Source: Asterionella formosa
Lineage: Eukaryota
Length of the DNA: 56,822 nt
Assembly (NCBI GenBank): GCA_002256025.1
Contig: NKIB01013469.1
Span: 1-56,822, forward strand
Direction: 5' to 3'
Shown here: one piece after another, positions 44,142-56,822 of the stretch
Layout: each line of letters opens with the position of its first letter
Numbering within the stretch: the first letter of the stretch is position 1
The notes under the pieces: model-generated
Databases searched by the model: none
What the model was told of the DNA's origin: nothing
What the model saw: only the letters and a program-made list of their open reading frames with translations
Made by a program: the position numbers and the translations under genes

Positions 44142-45232
44142 GGTGACTCCTTTATGATTGGGTTGTCGGTGGAGCTTGCTAATCAAATATGTACATACAT
44201 GTTATTCTGGAACATGACGATGATTCATCATTTCATATCGTATAGAAAAATAAAGGGAAGATGGGGTTTCTATTGTTGTTAACCAGAAACCGTCTTTAAC
44301 AGTGACGATATTCTCAGTGGCAATACCGGATAATTAAAGGTTGAAATGTAAAATGTAAACTAAAATTATGATATAAACTGTGAAAAATGGAAATGATCTC
44401 CAATGGTCAATCCATTCCTCTCTTCCTCTTGGGTGATACTGGGCGCGCTCTGATAATAAAAAATTATTATAACACAAATCGTTGTACCCATAACCCCAAA
44501 ATTTAGTCCAGTTATAAATAACAGTGCATTATATAAGAAGATGTTTAGGCATGAATGACTGCATATAATTTCCTAGAATATTTCAAGACTTGCTCGCTCA
44601 TACCCGAAATGGCTTGCTCTACCAAAAAAAACGATGTCGGTATGCATATACATATACACATCAATCATCCTAAAGGAATCATCAATCGTCTGCTTCCAGT
44701 TTTGTTGTGATGATGTCTTCTAGCCACTATTAATTCATGTGCAATGTCTGCACTGATTGATGATTATAAGGCGAAATGCTGAAGAAACAGAGCACATTAT
44801 ATCATTCTATACATTTGTTTGTTAGCTTTAATGATTGTGTCACGTCATCATCAACACTGCCATAAACTAAAATACATTTGCTGTGCTTGTAAATGAAGAT
44901 ATTGTGTTTACTACAGACCTTTGTTACTGTAGAATCCTTTGTACAATGGCGTCTGCAGCATTGAACTTATTTTCCATACAAAACGCAGTCCACTGAATTT
45001 CTCTGCTGGTACCTCATGATCATCTCCATCTACAAGCTGCAATACATTTGTATTTGCTGCCAATTCCTCTCGCAGCTGTTGAAATTTATTTTCAATGTCA
45101 TCAAGACTGGATTAATTTCACCTCTGTCCCCATGGGAATTGATACGAACTTGTAATTGAAAGTTGGGAATAAGTTGGGCTTCATCTAAGACGCCGTTTAC
45201 GACACTTTTTCGAATTTATGTCTAAAGTGACA

Positions 45233-45312
45233 TATTTATGCTACTTTTTTAAAATATTATGTTACTTTTCTAAAATAGTATGTTACTTTTTTGAAATATT
45301 ATGTTACTTTTT
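45233..45312 (+). repeat. About 21-bp AT-rich minisatellite, 4 copies
   Basis: Repeating AAAATATTATGTTACTTTTT-like unit. Confidence 0.85.
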
Positions 45313-45697
45313 CCCTAATTTATTCGGGTTAAACAAAAATTTATTTCACTTATCGAATAATTATGTGTGTTTGTGACAATATATGTCAACCAACTAGCCA
45401 TCGTGACAGAATAAAAGCGAAATTATGCTGCTCCGCCGCAATATTATGCTGCTTTCACCATATAATGAACGAAAGTGTCGCCAATTCCGATTCACTTATT
45501 ATTTTTTCCGCTCTGACATATTTCTTTGATCTGAACTGGCAAAGAATAACACATGCAAGAGGAAGATTCACACAGTAGAATTCAGCACACGTAGTAGTAG
45601 TTGATGTTGCTGTAGACACATTGTTTAGTCATTGTTGATTGAAGAGATTACAATAGCCTGCCAGATTAGAAATAAAGCACCGTTGGTACTCGTTGAG

Positions 45698-46338
45698 CAT
45701 TGCATGTCTCCGTAGTGAATCGAAATTGAGATTTGCCGCAATGGCCTTTTCCTTTTCGGAGCAACTACAAATAGTCTACAGCGATAACTCTAGCAAGTAC
45801 AATATAGAAAAAGAAGGAAAGGATGAGTAGCTGACAACAATTGAATCCGTAAATTCGTTAAGAAACAGCTGTTGCATATTTTAACATTGCATGTCGCCGT
45901 AGTGAGTCAAAATTCAATTTGGAGCAGCTACAAATAGTCTACAGCGATAACTCGTCTAGCAAGTACAATATAGAAAAAGAAGGAAAGGATGAGTAGCTGA
46001 CAACAATTGAATCCGTAAATTCGTTAAGAAACAGCTGTTGCATATTTTAACCTTGCATAACGCCGTAGTGAGTCAAAATTGAGATGTGCCACAATGCCCA
46101 TCTCCTTTTTGGAGCGGATACAAATATTCTAAAGCGATAACTCCAACAAGTACAATATAGAAAAAAGCAGAGGAGGAGCAGCTGTCAACGATTGATTTCG
46201 TAAATATGTTTAGAAACAGCTGTTGCATATTGTAACATTCAATGGATGTCGCCATAGTGAGTCAAAATTGAGATGTGCCGGAATGGCCTTCTCCGTTTCG
46301 GAGCAGCTACAAAAATTCTAAAGCGATAACTTTAGCAA
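45698..46338 (+). repeat. Tandem array of about 165-190-bp units (about 3.5 copies)
   Basis: Recurrent CCGTAGTGAGTCAAAATT...GGAGCAGCTACAAA...GCGATAACTC...CAAGTACAATATAGAAAAA...AGAAACAGCTGTTGCATATT. Confidence 0.92.
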
Positions 46339-47039
46339 TTAAACTGGAGTGAAGTTCAATTGTCTTGCAACATCTTTCATTGACCGTTTGAAATACTCAT
46401 ATTCACTCCTAGTTTCATTTGCCACCTCGATTCTTTCATCTGTCGTCTCCACTGATTCTTCGTCAAATTTGCTTTTCTTGAACCTGTAAAAGTCCCTGTG
46501 CAACTTTGCGTAAGCTTCTTCTTAGCCACTTTGTATTTCCTCTCGCCCTTTGCTGCAACCTCCTCAAATTTTTTAATGTAGCTCTCATCATTCTTCATCC
46601 CTTCTTTAATTTCATCTCCAAAAATGTCTAGGGGTGCAATGTTCTGATCAATACAAGCCTTATAAATTTCACTCTTTTTCTTCATCCAAAGCTCCACATA
46701 CATCTTTCTCTTCATCTGTTGGAAGTACCAATCTGTGGCACCCTTGACTTGGTCTGGGGGGAAAGTGAATAATCACGTTCAAACTCTTTGCACTCTTTGA
46801 ACTCTTTGCACTCTTAGTACTACCAGTTGTTATCGTTGAAGTTCTTCCTGAAATATCTTGTGGAGTCTATCCACTGATGGAAGGCCGGAGTTGTGGTTAC
46901 TGGAAGAGAAATGGCCACTAGATCATTACGAACTCTAATGGCAGGCACACTGTTGTTCCCTGGCGTAACTTCAATGAAAATTTCCATCAGTTAGTCAATA
47001 TTTTCCATGAACATCAGTTCAACAATTCAACTTTGTTTA

Positions 47040-50000
47040 TTCCCTTTAATGTGTACTCTTTTTGGATTTCCTTGATAACTGCTAGAGGATCTTTGGAAAA
47101 CACCAAAATATCATCCACATATGTAACGATGTATTCATAATGATCTCCACAGTCTTTGATCCATAAGTCAGTATCTGCATATGATGGGCAATACCCCATG
47201 GTAACAAGTTTGGCCGATAAATTTTCATGGAATCTTGCTGAGCTATTATTACGTAAACCATATAGCCCCTTTTCAATTATGAGGTTTGCGCCAGGGTTTT
47301 GGAATTCTTGTCCTGCAACGATGTACACCTTCTCCCTTGTTTTTCCACATAAGAAGGCGTTCCCAATATCAGCAGCACAAATGTCTAGGTGGTTTATGGC
47401 AGCAATTAGGAATCCCATAAGAACAGTGTCCATCCTCCCAACAACTCCTGAGTATATGTCTTCTTTGGGTGGATCGGTTTGATGTCCTCCTACACCTTGT
47501 CTTGCTTTCCTCCTTAGATCAAATTTGACGTCGAATATTATTTGTTATGGGATTCGTTTGTACCCTACTAGTAATTCATGTTCTGACACCTCTCGAAACG
47601 TATGGTATTCATTGATCTGTTTCAATTCCATGTCTATGGCGGTCCTCCATAAGTTATCATGATTCATCTCATCTAGATGTAATGCATGTTTTCCTGATGA
47701 AGGGACTTCCACTCCAAACTTGTATCTTGGTTCATGACGAGTTGCTTTCATGATTTGTATTATTGCATGCAAGTTTGCGTTGGGTTGTTCAAGGTATTCT
47801 TTCACCTGGTACTATGTTGCCTGTAGGATCATGCTTCTTGGATCTGTGGTTAAGGAATTTTAAGGGTGTCCACATGTAATCATCATACTCTTGTGTCGCC
47901 AGTTTGTCAATGTTTCGGTGATATTCTTGTAACTGTTTGATTTTTTTATGTCATGTACTTGTTTTTCTTGTTGCTTTCCATTGCAAACCTCACCTCGTGT
48001 AGTTATTTGTCTGTAGATGTCAGTAGATGTCACCTTCATAGTTGCTAAAATACTCATCTTGTTTATTTCTTCTTTGTCATCCTGTGGGCGATTCACAGCC
48101 ATCATAATATAATGAGGATTACTAGGCGTGCGTTTACTAATTGACTTCCTAATGTTTGGTATCTCTTGTTACACATGTGCCACCTCCCCTTTCTCTTGTT
48201 CTCTAGTAATCTCCCCTTTCGCTTGTACTGTGTGTATTGGACTCTCATTTGTTACTTTTGGTATCTCTTGTTCTGCTTCTACCTCTTGTTCTGTATGTAA
48301 TACCTCCCCTGTCTCCTGATATCTAACCTCCACTGTCCCTTGTTTTCTAACCTCCCCTGTCTCTTGTAGTACTGTGTGTATTGGACACTCACGCACGCGT
48401 TATTGCTCCCCTCGACGTTGGTATTGTAACGCCAGGTGCCCTTTTGCGATGGCGGGAAATGGTGGGTTCGACATGTGTGGGATTGGAGTAGAACTGTAAA
48501 GCAGGTAAGGGGGCAAGAGGAGTTGTGTTGGCTACCGCAGGGTCGATCATGGGATTAAACTGTATGCGGTGATTGGGGTGGGCCAGGTCACATGGTTGGA
48601 AAACACTGCGGTGTAGCACCTGTTGTGTATGGTCAGTGAGGATTTTGTTGGTCAGGATGTCACCCACATAGTCTGCAATTCCAACCCAGTACCCGGGCTT
48701 TTCTTTAGTGTCTGGATATACCTCTTGGTAGTCTAAGTAATACAATTTCTCATAAAAGTGGAAGTGTAAGAATTTTGAGATATCAGGGGTGCCACCATGG
48801 CGTAGTGTAAGGGGGATCGCCCAATTGAGGGTCTCATCAGCACTATGATTGTGTAAAGCAGCAAGGTACTGTGATTCTAGCAACCAAAGCATAGGAGGTG
48901 CTCCTGTTCGATCTAGTAGCAATTGGGTGTGTTGCTTCAACCATTTAACTGCCTGTAACTCAGCCATATTCTGCTGTGAATGGTATGGTTCCGTATATTC
49001 ATCAACAATCAGATACAAACGGTTGAGTTGTTGGAACCGGAAGCCAGATTGGACACGTGAATTATCTCGACGTAAAATGGTGGGGCAACCTTCATGCAGG
49101 AGGAAATCATTGTTGGCATCGGGGGCACCGTTTTCGGAAGGCATACCATATACATTGATAACATGGGACGTGATTCCATAGAAGACCTGTGCACAAGTAG
49201 CACCAGTAATGTCGCGGCAGTTGGCAAAGACTGTATCAGTTGCTACCTTCTCTTTGAGGCGTGGCCGATTAGCTTGAGGAAAGCGGGATTTAATGTCATG
49301 GCGTCGAAGGGGATAGCGGTATATAGCTTTAGCCATCAATAATAAGCATGGGTCACTGTAGTGTGAGTTAGGATCCCAATTGGAGTCTGCTGTGATATCG
49401 AAGGGTGTTAATGATGCTAATTCTTGTTCTGTTGGTAACCGGTGCCTGAATGTTATAAGACCTCCATTAATGATAAAAGAGATGTATACATGCTGAGGAC
49501 GGGGAAGAAAACACTGTCCTCTATTCCTGCCTGGTACACTTGTTGGGTGCTTGGTGGAAATAGAATCAACAATGCAGTCATGCTCTTGTAATTGAAACTC
49601 TGAGAGGAGGGTAGTAGGACTGCCTTGATTATATTATAAACATCTTCATGCACACGGAGAAGTTATTTGTGCCCTTTTTTCTCCACCACTGTTACCGCAC
49701 TGACAATGGGCATTACAGTTTTCCGGGAAGCTTTTGCATCAAACCCAACAAGGATGGCTTTTCGTGATGTATGTGACTCAATATGCTATCCGTCTCCAAT
49801 GACACAAGTATCTGCTGCATTGTCTGCTATACTTAGAAAAGTATGTTCATTCAGTAATGATAGTAAACATCTGCGGTTGCATATGGTGGTATCCATGATT
49901 GCAATGTCTCGAGTAGTAGTATGCACTGTATAGATGGAGCGTATACCATCACATAGGTTTTCCTTGTGTTGTAACAACTCAGTAGCTAAGTAAGGAAATA

Positions 50001-51050
50001 AGCTGTTCTGCATCCGGGTCATCTGAGGTATCTTGATGTTGTTGAGTTTCAGTCTCATGGGTTGATTGCATTGACATATTCGCTGCTTGTTCTGCCAGAT
50101 TGGAACATTATTTGGGGACCATCGGGGGGTCGCTAAGCGTTGAAGTAGTAGTATCCTGGGTAGTGGAACCTCCTGATGATGGGATACTGTTGGTCGAAGA
50201 TGACATGATATTATCCCTTATGTGTTGAATTTCACTTCTTGCACTTGGGGTCAACTGTCACCAAATGGAACGGGGTATCATAAGTTCATCTGGGTACTGG
50301 TTGGGATTTCGGTTCTGTTGTCTTTACCATAGTCTTTAACAATTGTCTGACCGTCATATCACTTGTTGTATTGAAGGTGCATCGATCAGATGATCCCACT
50401 GTTTGTGCCATCGACGCATTATTCGTAGCCTCAAAAGCTGCAACCCTTATTCCGTCGTGGTCTTGTATATGGTTACAGGTTTCTGTGAAACTGAATCCTT
50501 TGCTTGTATATGTATCAGTGATGGTACTAAGCTCTGGTGTCCAAAGGTTGTTAAGCAATCTATTTGTCATTTCTGTATCTGTATAAATGCGTTGCAATCC
50601 AAAAAGGCCATTGAATGCGCCCTGCTGGTAGTCGTCGACAAAACCAACCAGGGCAATACCAAGTTTGGATAACTTGCTCATGTGCTGCCATATGTAATTT
50701 CTTTGTTCCTCCCAACATATATGTATTTACACATTTTTATGCCAAGCTAGTATCCCATCTTGTGTAGCTCGATGACTTCTAGCATCCGATGTCTTATTGC
50801 TGCCTCAGTACACGAAGTCATTATTGCTCCAAATATGTATGCGCTGTCTGGTTTTAGTTGTTGAAGATGTATAGCTACCTATCTCGGGGAAGTCATCTAA
50901 AAATGATTCTTTTTTCGACACATATGCTTGAACAAAGGATGGTGATATTGCATACCCGCATTGCGATATACAGTGGGCCTTCAAAGGCAACTTGAAAATT
51001 TGCAAAAGTTTCCCTTTGTCCATTCCATCGAATTTTCGAACTAAAACCTG
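47040..51050 (-). mobile_element. Decayed CoDi-like (diatom copia) LTR retrotransposon: gag, protease, integrase and truncated RT
   Basis: Gag fragments (SKIRWNG, 50286-50681), protease IADNAADTCVIG.G, integrase (VATDT, RRDN, EYTEPYHSQQN.AE), YKFGVEVP......A..LD..N....W and RT (ADIGNAFL, LYGL, YVDD). Many stops and frameshifts. It breaks off after YTLKG with no RNase H. Confidence 0.93.
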
Positions 51051-51061
51051 TCCGCGGCAGA

Positions 51062-51705
51062 CAATTGCCCTGCTTGATATACAACATATTATATTTATTT
51101 CATATCTTAAAAAAGTTTTTGGATTACTATATCCTGCAACTACCCTTCATATAAAACATGTTTTGGATATTTCATATGCTCCGTTTTTGGACTTCCAAAC
51201 TACCTTCAAATTTTCATTAGCTCCTAGATTTGCCTGCTAAAATGGACTGCTGTTTATGTAAGGGAAATGGATTACTGATATCTGTTGCCCCCTATGGACT
51301 GATGTTTACTTAAGGAAAACGGACTGCCGAAATTGTAAGGAGTAGGATGAGCTATGTGAAGGCATGAAATGATGGTTTTCTGTAATGTGTTGATGGCAAT
51401 TCCACTATTTACATCCCTGCTATCTTCCAGCAGGCTCCGATGTATAAAAACTCTGATCATTGATGTCTCAAGTACCAACTCTTCATCAAATGGATGTGGC
51501 TGGTTGTTGGATGATACAACTTTTGGTGACACTTGCTTTGTTGCATGGGTGCCAAAATTTTGGTATTTTTGTCAGACATGATCAACTGTTAAATTTTAAC
51601 TATAATGCTTTGGTATTTTTCTACGTGTCCTACATTATCTCAAATCAGATCTTGGCAGCAAATTTTAGTGCTCAATTGATGGCTTTTTCCGCTGTTCTAA
51701 AATAG
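51062..51705 (+). repeat. Family C dispersed repeat, second copy, abutting the 5'-broken gag of the CoDi-like element
   Basis: Colinear with 14495-15145, with the same sharp end GCTGTTCTAAAATAG. Confidence 0.88.
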
Positions 51706-52442
51706 CATTGTTTCTGATATACAAGGAGCTAGCATCACATTTGTTCCTTCCAGCTATAGCTGCAATGTTCCTAGCTAATGTTTCAAATCGATTCCCAAGC
51801 AGTGGTATTTCTAGCATAGTTAAAACCGAAGTTCCTTTCTGCACTTTCTCGACAGATCCTTTATGCTGATGATGCATATATAGAATTGACCTACATCCCT
51901 ACTTTTTCATAAGACTCTATGTAAGCATTCGGAAAGGGTGTATATTGGTGAAAGCTCCGTTTAGCGATGTACATTTATTTTTTACTTGTACAAGTCTGTG
52001 TTTGACTACTCTGACTTAATATTACTATTTGAACCCTACCTCTAATCTAGGGTTGAAATGCAGGAACCTTCATTGACAGATACAAGCCAGGCGTGTGTGT
52101 TCGAGGTCGTACATATTTTAGAGTATTGAATCCCCGGGGTTTCTGGAATTTGCATCCAGCCATGCGTGTCACGCACCAGCCAGTCGTACAATGAGTTTAA
52201 GTATATACCGGTAATTAAGAAACAGTAAGAATTGACAGAGTAAGGTCAATAGCGAAAACCAGCACGAAGGCTAGCAGCAGAAATAAGATAACAATACTAG
52301 TGGTACAACAGGTAAGACCTACGTAAGAGGAACCCGTCAGAGGGGAAGGAGTACGAGACCTTTTAACAATACTGTAAGCCATCATTTTTAATTGCACGAT
52401 ATCACATCATGCGAGACAGCAGAAGGACGATAATGGTTGATC

Positions 52443-55406
52443 ATGACCGAGAAAGATACCAATGGAAACAATAGCGCTGTGAAGCACTGTCCATGTCAGA
52501 CATTTGCATCAATACATGCTATAAGTGTTGCGTTGGGATCAGAGGAACGGACAAGAGCACTCATTGAATGGCTGTCGGCCGAACCCCCCGAACAAGGCCT
52601 TTTCCTCTCTTGCCAGCAGCCGAATCGAAGCAAACTACGGTGCACGAATCGAGTCAAAACCTCCTTTTCGATCTTAGATGCCATTAGAGAAGATTGCCGA
52701 GAATTATTGGCGAGCGCGTCTACTTTAAATCCCGTCGCGGTTGCACCGGAGAATCGACTTGCAACCAAGGGCCCTCCACCCGACGTGCTGTCGTACGACG
52801 AGTCCTTCCCATCGCTCTCAACGTCAACTCAATCCACCCCCAATATTCTTTTAGGTAGAAGAAAGCCAATAAAGAAATCAGTAGCACCTCAGGTATCGAA
52901 TCAACTGCAGAAGCAGAAACGAAGGATGAAACCATCGCCGGCGACACACAAGTCACCTTTGGGAAACATTGAAATGCTGCCCTCAGAAGATCCGATCTCG
53001 CTAAGGCCAGTAAACGAGGTATGGAAAGCTTCCATAGCACTGAAAGCGTCCCAAACTAGCATCGTCGTCTCAGAGCTAGTTTCCGCTCCTACCCCACCAT
53101 CTACTATCTGGGGAGCCACTGCTGCACCCAGCAAACACAATACGATTCCGATTCAAGAATTGCAGGTTTCTGAAACTACTTCTCCATTTCCTCAAACAAT
53201 ATCGGTCCAATTAAGCGACATGCCGATTTTGAAGGAGAATCTCGGTAGACTCGCAAGACTCTATGTTTCACTGATGCTCAATCTACTGGTACCATCTACT
53301 TCAATGGAATTGCATCTGCTTGTGCGATTACTTGCAGTTTCTGATTCGAAAGTGGTTCCCACTATGGATTTAAAAGAAAATACAGGTTCATTGAAACATC
53401 TATTTGTTTCTCCCAGCGCTTGTCGCTTCTTCGCAATCTCCGTATTTTATGCTATCACACCCCTTGTATACAATTTACCCTCGGAAATAGTGACTGCTTT
53501 GATAGAGTGTCCACCTTTTAGAGAAAATATGCCTGATTTAATAGCAGCTCTCACTGCTGCACGATCAGCTAAAGTCAATGAAGATCTCGCAGGAACCCCA
53601 CATTCGACGCCAATGCTTAGCTTGCCATTTGTTCAGCAGCGGGATTCGCGTCACAATTATAAAACCAAAGAAGAGCTGGCAATGTTCAAAAATCGGGAAG
53701 AAAGTCGTGACGCATTTCTGCATCAGCTTCGATTCTTCCAAAACACCCGTGGCAAGATATTGGACACTTCTGAATTAAATGCGTCACTACAAAAAGTGAA
53801 GGTGGCATCCAAGAATGTGATTCAAAGTATTCACAAACTGAACATGAATTGGTTTGCGGATTTTTTTTGCGAACTTCTGCTACAAATAGGCCTGGTCCCC
53901 ATGGAAGAGACAGATGCAGAACTCTTGAGTATCTCGGACACAGATAAAATCCAAAAACTGCACAAACGTTTTTCCTCGAATGTTGGGGCCAGAAAAAGCA
54001 ACGGGAAAGTCAATTATGGCCAGAATGAAGACGATGGTAGCGCGTCACCAATTTTCGAAGCGGAACAGAGATTCCTTGGACATCAAGAATTTTTCTTTTT
54101 GTTTATCCAGGCGACGGATTCGTACAGCTTTGTTATTCACTTGAAGAGTAGGTTGGCGACACTAATTGCTGGGTTGTCCACATCATTTTCTCCAAAGGGT
54201 GTCTCTGCTAAATTGATGAAGTTGCAACTTCTTTCAAGGTTTCTGGGCTTCATCGTTTTCGCACCAAACTGGGGAGTTGGGTGCGAGAATGTTGTACTTT
54301 CTCCAGACGAGACAAAAAGCTGGATCGCAACTACCGAACCGTGCTTGCCAATTTTGGCGATGATTCGGTCATCGTGGGTGAATCGACAGGTTGTCACTGT
54401 TGTTCCTTGGGTTGTAGAGTATCTCCGAATGGCAAAGTGGGACAAGGTTTCACTGCATCGATCGCCAAGTCTTCACTCAATACTGGCAACGCTAAGAACA
54501 ATACAACTCAAATGTCAATCCGAATGGGGGTCCCCAAATGCATTATCTGTTTCGAATTTTCTTGAAGTATTGTTCGGTGATGTATACGGTTTAGGTCGAA
54601 CAAGCTTTCTTCCATTGGTCGAACTACCCAGTCCTGGTGAAAAAGCTACGGACTCCGATTCCCTTGATATGATTCCCATTTCATTCAATTCTGAATTGCT
54701 ATTCACATCGAATCCCTACCTTGACGAGCTTCTGTCCCTGATAACTAGCTTATCTCAAACACCGAAACAGTCATCAGGAGCTTCTCGTAAGCTTCGGCCT
54801 TCAATGGTTTCACCTGGAAAGAAAAGTATGTATTCAGAGGACGACGCGGGAACTGAAATAAGCAATTTGGATTTTTCCATTTCTTCCATATCGATCAACA
54901 ACATTTCTACGCACGCATCAGCCAATGACTCTACCTATGCCATTTCAAGAAAACTTGTTGACGTCTTCTTCCATCAGCACCGAGAATTGAAGGACACTTG
55001 CGAATTCGTTGTTGATCGAGCCGCGAAGAACGCTTTATCTATCACACTTCAACAGTTTATTGTCCCTCGTCTCAAGAAAGCACTATATTTTGAAGCTAAT
55101 TTTCCCAGCCACCTATTGAGCCAACTGGTGAATCAAACCGTGAAGGCATCTCGTGGAAGCATTGAGAAGCTCCTAGATGGCACCATTCGTGGTTCGCTTG
55201 ATCATTTGATTTCGGTTGGAACGCCAGAAGGTGTGATGAATATGGCCGCGTCCTTATGTATTGCGCATGGACTGAAATTGGTGGAGTCCATGCTAGCAAA
55301 CAATGCCATTGTTGAAGCGAAAAAGCTATTTGACGACTGTCTTCGTGAAAGAAAGAAGCTCAAAAATACTGTACCGCATAATTTAGAGCGTGAGAGACTG
55401 CTCTGA
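52443..55406 (+). CDS. CDAN1: Codanin-1-like protein
   Basis: Blocks F.NRE..RD.F, F.G.QEFF..FI....SY.F..HL, VPWVVEYL.M, RKLRP and FFHQ....K...EFV.DR recall codanin-1. Intronless ORF of about 987 aa. Confidence 0.8.
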   Translation: MTEKDTNGNNSAVKHCPCQTFASIHAISVALGSEERTRALIEWLSAEPPEQGLFLSCQQPNRSKLRCTNRVKTSFSILDAIREDCRELLASASTLNPVAVAPENRLATKGPPPDVLSYDESFPSLSTSTQSTPNILLGRRKPIKKSVAPQVSNQLQKQKRRMKPSPATHKSPLGNIEMLPSEDPISLRPVNEVWKASIALKASQTSIVVSELVSAPTPPSTIWGATAAPSKHNTIPIQELQVSETTSPFPQTISVQLSDMPILKENLGRLARLYVSLMLNLLVPSTSMELHLLVRLLAVSDSKVVPTMDLKENTGSLKHLFVSPSACRFFAISVFYAITPLVYNLPSEIVTALIECPPFRENMPDLIAALTAARSAKVNEDLAGTPHSTPMLSLPFVQQRDSRHNYKTKEELAMFKNREESRDAFLHQLRFFQNTRGKILDTSELNASLQKVKVASKNVIQSIHKLNMNWFADFFCELLLQIGLVPMEETDAELLSISDTDKIQKLHKRFSSNVGARKSNGKVNYGQNEDDGSASPIFEAEQRFLGHQEFFFLFIQATDSYSFVIHLKSRLATLIAGLSTSFSPKGVSAKLMKLQLLSRFLGFIVFAPNWGVGCENVVLSPDETKSWIATTEPCLPILAMIRSSWVNRQVVTVVPWVVEYLRMAKWDKVSLHRSPSLHSILATLRTIQLKCQSEWGSPNALSVSNFLEVLFGDVYGLGRTSFLPLVELPSPGEKATDSDSLDMIPISFNSELLFTSNPYLDELLSLITSLSQTPKQSSGASRKLRPSMVSPGKKSMYSEDDAGTEISNLDFSISSISINNISTHASANDSTYAISRKLVDVFFHQHRELKDTCEFVVDRAAKNALSITLQQFIVPRLKKALYFEANFPSHLLSQLVNQTVKASRGSIEKLLDGTIRGSLDHLISVGTPEGVMNMAASLCIAHGLKLVESMLANNAIVEAKKLFDDCLRERKKLKNTVPHNLERERLL

Positions 55407-55652
55407 TAAGGTGGTAATTTTTGAAATGGAGATGGACCGAACTTGAATTTTTTTTCCCCGTGTCTATCACAATTCAATTCACCTCGTGATACCTGGTACC
55501 CAATAATATGATTTCAAGCTTGGGAGTTGCGACTTAAACGACAGCAAATAAGCATTGAATTGGTTGCACATTTTTAAAAGAAGAGTCAACATACTCAGCT
55601 ATAATAATGTAATGTATAGTGTGAAACATGTATGACCAAACGTTGCATTGAC

Positions 55653-56548
55653 TCAGCGGGCACCCAGGTTTTGCCTCCCACCATCAATCGCTATACACTC
55701 GCCTGTAATAAACTTTGCCTTGTCAGACACCAGAAAGGCAATCAATTCTCCAACCTCCTCGGGAAGTCCAACTCTGCCGAGACTTGCGGATAGGGGGTGT
55801 GTAACCTCTACACTCCGCTTCAAAAAGGCCGCATAATTTTCGTCCGAAAGGCCACCGGCCTTTTGCAAGTTGGTTTCGATGACACCGGGGTTCACAGCAT
55901 TCACTCTGATTCCATCAGCTGCCAAATCCACCGACGCGCACCTTGTCAGTTGATCCAGCGCTGCCTTACTCATACAATATGTAACGCAGCCTGCAAATGA
56001 CTGCTTTCCATTGACGGAACTAACGTTAACAATGGACGGCGACGAGTCTTTGTGTTGTTGTTTCAAAAACGGAATGGCATGCACCATGATCTCAAAGGGC
56101 GCTTGCGTGTTGGTCAACATGTTGTTTTGATAGTTTTCCAGGTCAACGGATCCCATGGCTCCAACTTGCAATACGCCGGCGCAATTGACAACTGTTGTGA
56201 GTCCGTTTAGCGTCTCGGCTGCGGCTTCAATGGCGCGTTTGCATTCTCCGGTCTTTGTAATATCAGCCACGCAAAAGTCTTGAATTCCTCCAATAGCCTT
56301 CAATTGCTCCAGCGCTGCAACGTTGCGTCCAATTCCAACGACAGACGCGCATTCACGTGTCAATATTTCACAAGTGGCTTTCCCGATTCCAGAAGAAGCC
56401 CCTGTGACGAGGATCTATGTGCGAACAGTGCGGTGGAAACAGACACAATTATGAGCAAGGCGCTGTGTTGGGGAGGTTCAATGACAAGTCTCTCCTATCA
56501 GCTCTGCAGCGTCATCAGCGGTGCACTCACTTTCTTGCCGCTCAACAT
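55653..56548 (-). CDS. Classical short-chain dehydrogenase/reductase (FabG-like), 2 exons: 56548-56531 and 56414-55653, about 259 aa
   Basis: Splicing (GTGAGT...CATAG) gives MLSGKK-ILVTGASSGIG. Motifs NCAG, NVSS, catalytic YCMSK, IRVNAVNPG and ITG..I.IDGG. Confidence 0.94.
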
Positions 56549-56822
56549 GGCTGATGGCTGATGCTCGCTCTGCTATTCCTGTTCCTCCAGTTTAATAGAA
56601 TACAATGATAAAAGGAAATCAGGTGTTGATATACTACCAGTATTTACCGGTATTTTTATTCATGAAAGCGCACAAAGTCGATTGCGGGTATCTCATGTTG
56701 GAGAAAATATTTTAGGAAAGAAAATCCCGGTATAAATTACCTACTACATATTGAATCGAATGAATCAAGAAAGAATATGGTACCAGAGAATTCGAAAACA
56801 ATCTACGCCAACAGTAAAAACC

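Noticed and set aside
45698..46338. CRISPR-like array
   Set aside because: Whole units are similar along their length with no unique spacers. The context is eukaryotic with no cas genes.
14495..51705. Family C copies as paired LTRs of one giant element
   Set aside because: They are about 36 kb apart, enclose many ordinary genes, are visibly diverged, and show no TG...CA ends, PBS or TSD.
52096..52106. TGTGTTCGAGG match to hairpin H1
   Set aside because: Only 11 nt match, with no flanking similarity, periodic motif or rod fold.

Overview
Eukaryotic nuclear DNA, most likely from a diatom. This is inferred from compact genes with short GT-AG introns, signal-peptide plus F/L bipartite plastid presequences, and a CoDi-like copia element. 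About 17 host protein genes are supported: HIS1, aspartoacylase, Mpv17/PMP22, WS/DGAT, glycine cleavage H, MCM10, an Atg22-like MFS transporter, TilS, a small single-pass membrane protein, two head-to-head DPF+mu-homology paralogs, OMA1, an Asteroid-like PIN nuclease, a FAN-like BEACH protein, a small plastid protein, codanin-1 and an SDR. Repeat-rich blocks contain two decayed copia elements, a piggyBac with an ATAT target duplication, a non-autonomous PIF/Harbinger element whose empty site lies in the same window, a Tc1/mariner-type MITE, dispersed repeat families and tandem arrays. The most unusual observation is a pair of homologous, inverted, non-coding rod-like hairpins (about 10656-10819 on + and 14145-14436 on -). 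Each is built on a near-strict 16-nt period of a ~12-bp stem plus a CGAG/CGAG tandem G.A mismatch, with compensatory substitutions between the copies. A TACCAGG/CCTGGTA palindromic motif is also heavily clustered upstream of genes. All calls were made by eye from the sequence and ORF track; no searches or folding programs were run.
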